A DNA stretch of 15,930 nucleotides. Origin: a virus. Taxonomy: Duplodnaviria; Heunggongvirae; Uroviricota; Caudoviricetes. Below the pieces are notes generated by a model. The model saw only the letters and a list, made by a program, of their open reading frames with translations, made no database searches and was not told the DNA's origin. The stretch lies in IMG/VR virus record IMGVR_UViG_3300042892_003674; one strand, 5' to 3'. Position 1 is the first letter of the stretch. Each line of letters opens with the position of its first letter. The translations under genes were made by a program, and so were the position numbers. This document shows, piece after piece, positions 8,901 through 13,547 of the stretch.

Positions 8901-9432
8901 CAGTTATTAAACCAGGTGTACCTAAAGTCACGTAATCATCCACACCATCAAAAACAATACTTCCACCTCCGGAAGTACTAAACGAAGGACCATTCACTAA
9001 TGTTCCATTATTTCCATTACCACTTAAATCTGTCCAAGTAGTTCCATTCTTTGGATATGAAGGTGTATAAGCAGCATCTAAATTTAGAACTAATCCACTT
9101 GTTACAATATTTGGATAATCCATATTAGTACAAAGCATTGTGCTTGATGAGTTAAAGAAATTTAAAGCCCCAGAAATTGTTGTAATTCCACTACCTCCTA
9201 ATTGATTAGACAATGTAATTAAATTTGCATCATTACCCGCTACAAAAACTGATGGACTTCCTACACCATTACTAACATATACTGTATAACCACCAACATT
9301 AGGAGTTTTACCATTATAGAAATTAGTGATGTTAGTTGGTCCGTATCCACCATTATTTACACCAATTGCAAAGTTTGATGTTTTAATAGAATTTGACTGA
9401 GTTGCATTAGTATATTTAATTGGATTTGCCAT
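5932..9432 (-). CDS. Multidomain virion lectin-like protein (1166 aa): N-terminal domain, 2 LamG/ConA-like domains, 2 carbohydrate-binding-module-like repeats, C-terminal degenerate ConA-like domain
   Basis: Long ORF, ATG to TAG. LamG-type motifs 'IVTSGLVLNLDAA...W.DLSGNGNNGTLVNGP...FDGVDDY' and 'IYNRSLTEQEILQNY', with a second copy ending 'IYNRVLTATEISTIY'. The C-terminal half has two 'NL...SE......GNGWYR....WGAQL..G....(Y/F)PT' units, typical of beta-sandwich CBM-like modules of phage spike/fibre proteins (by eye). Confidence 0.9.
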   Translation of the reverse strand: MANPIKYTNATQSNSIKTSNFAIGVNNGGYGPTNITNFYNGKTPNVGGYTVYVSNGVGSPSVFVAGNDANLITLSNQLGGSGITTISGALNFFNSSSTMLCTNMDYPNIVTSGLVLNLDAAYTPSYPKNGTTWTDLSGNGNNGTLVNGPSFSTSGGGSIVFDGVDDYVTLGTPGLITDDFCIVLWFKTLSNKTHYYFSSGYSSQPTILIWSGGVWIGGIALVNQQSIGNTMTGNPVCVVVNRYNKESKVYLNNILQSTNTVNVVLRTDSLYTIGHAIPRNNTAAYFQGEFYTTQIYNRSLTEQEILQNYYAGLQRFIPTDSLALSLDGSNTDKQVATASTAYDMSGNNNNGTLNNGVALVSDGQRAFSFDGVNDVVTTSFNTLPSSTTWTVWVKRTQSINAYNMIMGMYLPYFAFRSNGDIHFSNSIGGVQRSLFATPNLANNVWYFMSFVSSFSGGNTTMLIYLNGSLQSQRTDAGQQKTTTDNNFRLGGWTNTGTEPFKGNIGQVAIYNRVLTATEISTIYTASKSRYTPSTTEIKNVFKSRVLEDLGLFEAESCLEGQLNVISNQYLLESASLMVTANTYKEGKLYSVVPFELNGDMVVTRATTATRVNAEGFIEQVPYNLFQRSEEFDNTGLWARQNILSISTNVANSPIGTLTADKIIPDTTLNQHRIFQQFNFSGQGVLSVYAKADGYNFLSFGVGGGVSGGSIYFNLSNGTISGTSSGFTPSIENVGNGWYRCSIYTANLGGGQNLSYLIVVRQSATTDNYTGDGTSGILVWGAQLVQGTQPKDYFPTTNRQNVPRIDYSNGSCPSILVEPQRTNLVIQSEQINLWTGGLNTTVTPNVSIGPNGIPTANNINITNINGYWRRLGLNLASSTTYTASVFVKKSVTTNNKTFSFYYNNNVSSPNNGEYRGVVNLTNLTITTTPTGTITTGRPTIISSLLSDYGNGWYRVIVIFTTGSSAGSSNSEIGFLANGEVVDFDAWGAQLELGTPLFTNETSYIPTTTAAVTRNADVISKTSATSLIGQTEGTILVKGYQLQRGVILRISNSLSTNNQISIFCVGVDGRCEYGVRKNNISVSNSSVVSPNLQTNKNIIIKYSQTSIKVFINGVLFWNYTYPSSTDFTATLDKFDFGSLTENATAKFEMIALWKKQLTDVECINLTTL

Positions 9433-9451
9433 AACTTATATATTATAATCC
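9430..9451 (-). promoter_or_regulatory. Conserved stop-spacer-start junction motif, copy 1
   Basis: GGATTA-TAA-TATATAAGTT-ATG; matches the copies at 11113-11134 and 13526-13547. Confidence 0.6.
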
Positions 9452-11059
9452 GTATCTTGCTCTTGTTGCGTTATATATTATCGAGATCTCAGTTTGACTT
9501 AGTGATCTATTATAAAAGAATACTTCTGAAATATTACCATTAAATGGATAATCTCCGTTACCATAAGCACCTATTGTTACGTTACCTGTTGAAACGTCTA
9601 AAGGTATAGAATATGCGTTGGAATTTTCTTGTGTTTCGTTAATATATAATATTTTATTAACCTGATTATATGTTAATGTTATAAGATACCATTTACCCAA
9701 TATCAAGTCAGTTGTACCAGAGACTAAAATACCATTGATTCTGTGTTGTATTCTTCTACCACTTTGCCATATCTCAAATGGTCCAATTCCATTGTTACTA
9801 TTATTATTTTTCATAAAAATCTCTTTCACTGCGGATATCGACAGATTAACCCAAAATCCAGCACTAAATTGGTTAGTATTAAAGGTAGAACTATTACCAC
9901 AATTAATATAATCATTTACTCCATCAAATCTCCAAGAACCATCTGCACTTCCAACATATTGAGTTCCATTTAATAGTACTCCATTATTAGCATTACCACT
10001 AATATCATAAGCAGTTGTAGGTGATGTGGCATATAAATTAGTATTTTGTGCATCCAGTGAAAGAACTAAACCATTGGTTGGTATAAATCTTTGAAGACCT
10101 GCATAGTAATTTTGTAGTATTTCTGTTGCTGAAAGAGCCCTATTATAATACATAAATCGTTGAATATTTCCAGGACCACCTGCGGATGAACATCTTAAAT
10201 TTGGTGTAATACTACCACTTCTATTCCAAGATGTTGCACCAACATCCCAGACTTCGGAATCTCTTAACACACCATCAATATAAGTTTTTACATTCCCTTG
10301 ACTATCAAATGTCAATGCGGTTTCATACCATTGATTGGGTAGATAAACATCGTACATTATATTTGCACCGGCATTAGAATAAATTAGCCAAGCATAAGTG
10401 TCAGTTGCCCAAACAGCGTTTCTATAAAAATAAATTAAATTATTTGTAGTTCCACCATCTCTAAAAAAAATAAGTTGAGTAGTGTTATTAAATGGTGGTG
10501 TTTTAAGTTTAATAATAAATGTACCATTTTGTGGTGATCCACTCGTAAATGTATTTATTGGTAAGGTGCAAACATCATCAACACCGTCAAATACAATACT
10601 CCCATAATTTGACGAATCAAAAGTTGGTCCATTAACTAAAGTAGAATTAATATTATTACCACTTAAATCATTCCATCCTGTCCCGCCTTTAGGATAAGAA
10701 GGTACAAATCCTGCATCCAAATTAATAGTAAGTCCCGAAGTCACGATTGAAGGATAGTTTGTATTAGCAACAGTCATATTACTCTGAGAATTGATCCACA
10801 CCAAAGCTTCTGCAACAGTTGAAACATTGCCTCCCAGAATTTTAGTTATATTAACTAAATCAGTATCGTTCTGTGGAGCATAAATTGATGGTCCATTTGA
10901 AGATTTATTGATATAGATGGTATATCCACCATTTATTGGACAGATACCGGTATAAAATTCGGTTAGATCCGCTGGTGTTGCATTGACTCCTATATTAAAC
11001 CCACCAGATTTAATTGAGTTTACTGACACGGGAGTGCTAAATTTTACTATGTTTCCCAT
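9443..11059 (-). CDS. Tandem LamG/ConA-like lectin domain protein (538 aa), paralog of the N-terminal half of the 1166-aa protein
   Basis: ATG to TAA. Shared N-terminal domain (MGNIVKF..NSIK..F.IGVN), two LamG-like domains ('GLTINLDAG...WNDLSGN', 'GLVLSLDAQ...YDISGN'), a junction EILQNYYAGLQRFIPT identical to the paralog, and C-terminus YNRSLSQTEISIIYNATRARYGL. Confidence 0.92.
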   Translation of the reverse strand: MGNIVKFSTPVSVNSIKSGGFNIGVNATPADLTEFYTGICPINGGYTIYINKSSNGPSIYAPQNDTDLVNITKILGGNVSTVAEALVWINSQSNMTVANTNYPSIVTSGLTINLDAGFVPSYPKGGTGWNDLSGNNINSTLVNGPTFDSSNYGSIVFDGVDDVCTLPINTFTSGSPQNGTFIIKLKTPPFNNTTQLIFFRDGGTTNNLIYFYRNAVWATDTYAWLIYSNAGANIMYDVYLPNQWYETALTFDSQGNVKTYIDGVLRDSEVWDVGATSWNRSGSITPNLRCSSAGGPGNIQRFMYYNRALSATEILQNYYAGLQRFIPTNGLVLSLDAQNTNLYATSPTTAYDISGNANNGVLLNGTQYVGSADGSWRFDGVNDYINCGNSSTFNTNQFSAGFWVNLSISAVKEIFMKNNNSNNGIGPFEIWQSGRRIQHRINGILVSGTTDLILGKWYLITLTYNQVNKILYINETQENSNAYSIPLDVSTGNVTIGAYGNGDYPFNGNISEVFFYNRSLSQTEISIIYNATRARYGL

Positions 11060-11115
11060 TAAAAATATATTTTTTTGGATGTAAATTGTATAGATGTAGT
11101 ATATTTAATTGACAT
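11059..11115 (-). CDS. Unannotated 18-aa mini-ORF (MSIKYTTSIQFTSKKIYF); vestigial gene or translational coupler
   Basis: ATG at 11115-11113 is preceded by the same 10-nt spacer motif as two real genes. Its TAA (11061-11059) overlaps the ATG of the 538-aa gene as TAATG. Confidence 0.5.
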   Translation of the reverse strand: MSIKYTTSIQFTSKKIYF

Positions 11116-11134
11116 AGTTTATATATTATATTCC
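11113..11134 (-). promoter_or_regulatory. Conserved stop-spacer-start junction motif, copy 2
   Basis: GGAATA-TAA-TATATAAACT-ATG (ATG of the 18-aa mini-ORF). Confidence 0.55.
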
Positions 11135-11830
11135 GAATCTTGATCTGGTTGCATTGAAGTTTTTTAGTACTTCTGTTGCAGAGAGTGCTCTATTGTATAT
11201 TTGAACATTTGCTATATTACCACTCCAATATTGTCCACTAGTACCCCATTGGTAAATACTCCCACCAATATTTATACCATCTGTTCTATTTTGATTTATT
11301 GATGCGTCTATCCAAGTTGTAGTATTAACCAAAATACTATTTCTATAAAAATAATATTTATTGTCTATATGATTCCAGACTAAAAATATGTTTACAAAAT
11401 CATTTATGTTTACAAAAAAATTAGTAATTGAGGGTATTGGACCATTTGTATGTCCACCACCACTATTCCAATATACAAAATCTAAAGATGTATTTTTTTG
11501 CATTATTTGCCACTCCCAATTAGATGGACCTTTTCCAATAAAGGGAAAATGAGCGGCTAATGAATTTGGTCTAACATATAAAGAAATTGAAACACTATTT
11601 GTGTTGTTCCAACTTAAATCATAACCTGTTGAATAATAATCATTAGTTCCATCAAACCCAATACTTCCCTTATTAGCAGAACTAAAACTAGGTCCATTTG
11701 TTAAAGTACCATTATTTCCTCTACCACTTCTATCAAACCAAGTCGTAGATCCGGACTGATATGATTTAGTATTAGCTGCATCTAAATGTAGAACTAATCC
11801 ATCTGTTATTATTGTTGGTCCTGTAAACAT
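11126..11830 (-). CDS. Single-domain LamG/ConA-like lectin protein (234 aa)
   Basis: MFTGPTIITDGLVLHLDAANTKSY...W.DRSGRGNNGTLTNGP...FDGTNDY ... IYNRALSATEVLKNFNATRSRFGI. ATG to TAA, 3 nt after the upstream stop. Confidence 0.92.
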   Translation of the reverse strand: MFTGPTIITDGLVLHLDAANTKSYQSGSTTWFDRSGRGNNGTLTNGPSFSSANKGSIGFDGTNDYYSTGYDLSWNNTNSVSISLYVRPNSLAAHFPFIGKGPSNWEWQIMQKNTSLDFVYWNSGGGHTNGPIPSITNFFVNINDFVNIFLVWNHIDNKYYFYRNSILVNTTTWIDASINQNRTDGINIGGSIYQWGTSGQYWSGNIANVQIYNRALSATEVLKNFNATRSRFGI

Positions 11831-11833
11831 ATT

Positions 11834-12571
11834 TTATAAATTAAATCTTGATTTTGTGGCATTATAATTTTGTAAGACTTCTTGTGCGGTTAGTACCCTG
11901 TTATATTTTTTAAATATTGAAAAATTTCCATTTATTGAAAAAGAACTATTACCTATCCAACCATCTCCATAAAAATATAATGAACCTATTCCTAAAGGTA
12001 AGTTTGCATTACCTACACTTGTAACACCTCCAGTAATATTATGTGATATAATATTTTGATTTAAACCACCATCAGTATAGTAACCCAATTGAGTTGATGT
12101 GGCCCAAACAACTAGTTGGTGTGTATTTCCATCAGCTATAGAAAATCCTACTGTGGCAGAGGTTGTCCCACTAGTACCTGCTAATAGTGAAAATCCTGTT
12201 GGTGTTACTGAAATATTATATTGACCACTTCCATTCCATGGTTTTGAAATTAATCTACCTACAGTATCACTAGTCTTGACCCATAATTCTATACACAGAA
12301 TAGAACTTCCAATACTACCATCAGCAGTCCAGGCATGTATATTATTCGTCCCACCTCCAGAAAGGATTACATAGTCATTCACTCCATCGAAAGCAATACT
12401 TCCTCCATTTAAAGAATTGAAAGTAGGTCCATTTGTTAAAGTACCATTATATCCATTACCACTTCTATCATACCAAGTACTTCCTGTACCAGAATATGAT
12501 TTAACATTTCCTGCATCTAAATGAAGAACTAATCCACTTGTAACTATACTTGGTCCTCCTAATGTACCCAT
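11834..12571 (-). CDS. Single-domain LamG/ConA-like lectin protein (245 aa)
   Basis: GPSIVTSGLVLHLDAGNVKSY...WYDRSGNGYNGTLTNGP...FDGVNDY ... YNRVLTAQEVLQNYNATKSRFNL. ATG lies 1 nt after the upstream stop. Confidence 0.92.
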   Translation of the reverse strand: MGTLGGPSIVTSGLVLHLDAGNVKSYSGTGSTWYDRSGNGYNGTLTNGPTFNSLNGGSIAFDGVNDYVILSGGGTNNIHAWTADGSIGSSILCIELWVKTSDTVGRLISKPWNGSGQYNISVTPTGFSLLAGTSGTTSATVGFSIADGNTHQLVVWATSTQLGYYTDGGLNQNIISHNITGGVTSVGNANLPLGIGSLYFYGDGWIGNSSFSINGNFSIFKKYNRVLTAQEVLQNYNATKSRFNL

Positions 12572-12572
12572 A

Positions 12573-12836
12573 TTATATTTCTTCGATTGATGAAGTCCAC
12601 TCTTCTGTTGATAAAATAATTATTATTTCATCATATGTATAAGGACCTTCCTTAGTTATTAGTGATGATACACACTCTGGTTCATTTCCATCCCATTTAA
12701 CGAATGTTTTTGTTTCATCAGTAGATTTTCTAACAGTTTCTGCAGATGTCTCTAATACCTGTGTAAAATCGATTTGTGATAATTCTGATACATTAAATAT
12801 CATAAAGTTTCTGTTTTCGTAATTTTGTGTTTCCAT
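12573..12836 (-). CDS. Small acidic hypothetical protein (87 aa) embedded in the lectin gene array
   Basis: ATG to TAA ORF METQNYENRNFMIFNVSELSQIDF...EEWTSSIEEI. Glu/Thr-rich and tightly packed between two LamG genes. Confidence 0.85.
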   Translation of the reverse strand: METQNYENRNFMIFNVSELSQIDFTQVLETSAETVRKSTDETKTFVKWDGNEPECVSSLITKEGPYTYDEIIIILSTEEWTSSIEEI

Positions 12837-12853
12837 ATATTTATATTATTTTT

Positions 12854-13528
12854 TTACAATCCATACCTTGATTTTATGGCATTAAAGTTCTGTAATACTT
12901 CTGTTGCAGAGAGTGCTCTATTGTATCCTTGTACACTTGCTATTCTGCCATTAAAAGGAAATTGACCGGTTGCTCTTTGTCCTATTCGAGCTGTTGAATT
13001 CCAACCACCTACTGTAAATGCTTGTGTAGAAGATGCTACTTCAAATACTCCATTTACGTATATAGAGGTTACATTGTTGTTAACAATTCCTGTAATATGA
13101 TACCATTTATTTGCTTCTATGTTAGTATTACTAATAATTGAAAAATTATTCACGTCGGATGTTTGGGTTGCGAATAGTTGAATTCTATTGTTTGATAAAG
13201 AAAGCCAATTGTCTTGTCCATTTGCTGATGGACCGTATATTACTTGGGTACCTGTTACAATGGATGTATTTACAAAAGCACATATAGTTAAAGGATTTGT
13301 TAAATTTATAATAGTACTTATATCGACATAGTCATTCACACCATCAAATCCAATACTTCCCATATTAGCAGAACTAAAACTAGGTCCATTTGTTAAAGTA
13401 CCATTATTTCTATTACCACTCAAATCACTCCAAGTTGCACCTGTTCCAGTATATGACTTTGGATTAGCAGCATCTAAATGAAGAATTAATCCACTTGTTA
13501 CAATTTGAGGTCCTCTATAAAATCCCAT
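12854..13528 (-). CDS. Single-domain LamG/ConA-like lectin protein (224 aa)
   Basis: MGFYRGPQIVTSGLILHLDAANPKSY...WSDLSGNRNNGTLTNGP...FDGVNDY ... YNRALSATEVLQNFNAIKSRYGL. ATG to TAA. Confidence 0.92.
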   Translation of the reverse strand: MGFYRGPQIVTSGLILHLDAANPKSYTGTGATWSDLSGNRNNGTLTNGPSFSSANMGSIGFDGVNDYVDISTIINLTNPLTICAFVNTSIVTGTQVIYGPSANGQDNWLSLSNNRIQLFATQTSDVNNFSIISNTNIEANKWYHITGIVNNNVTSIYVNGVFEVASSTQAFTVGGWNSTARIGQRATGQFPFNGRIASVQGYNRALSATEVLQNFNAIKSRYGL

Positions 13529-13547
13529 AATTTATATATTATATTAC
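13526..13547 (-). promoter_or_regulatory. Conserved stop-spacer-start junction motif, copy 3
   Basis: GTAATA-TAA-TATATAAATT-ATG. Confidence 0.6.

Noticed and set aside
6365-9973. Plus-strand ORFs 6365-6595, 6978-7166 and 9743-9973
   Set aside because: Short antisense ORFs inside long, well-supported minus-strand genes, with no recognisable motifs.
12838-12845. T4-type late promoter TATAAATA upstream of the 87-aa gene
   Set aside because: It ends 1 nt before the ATG, so a T4-like start site would fall inside the CDS, and a single match is expected in such AT-rich DNA. Treated as a variant of the junction motif instead.
11649-13410. Diversity-generating retroelement TR/VR pair
   Set aside because: The near-identical segments are both inside genes, cover the conserved framework rather than a C-terminal variable region, and their two mismatches are not one-directional adenine substitutions. 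No reverse transcriptase is in the window.
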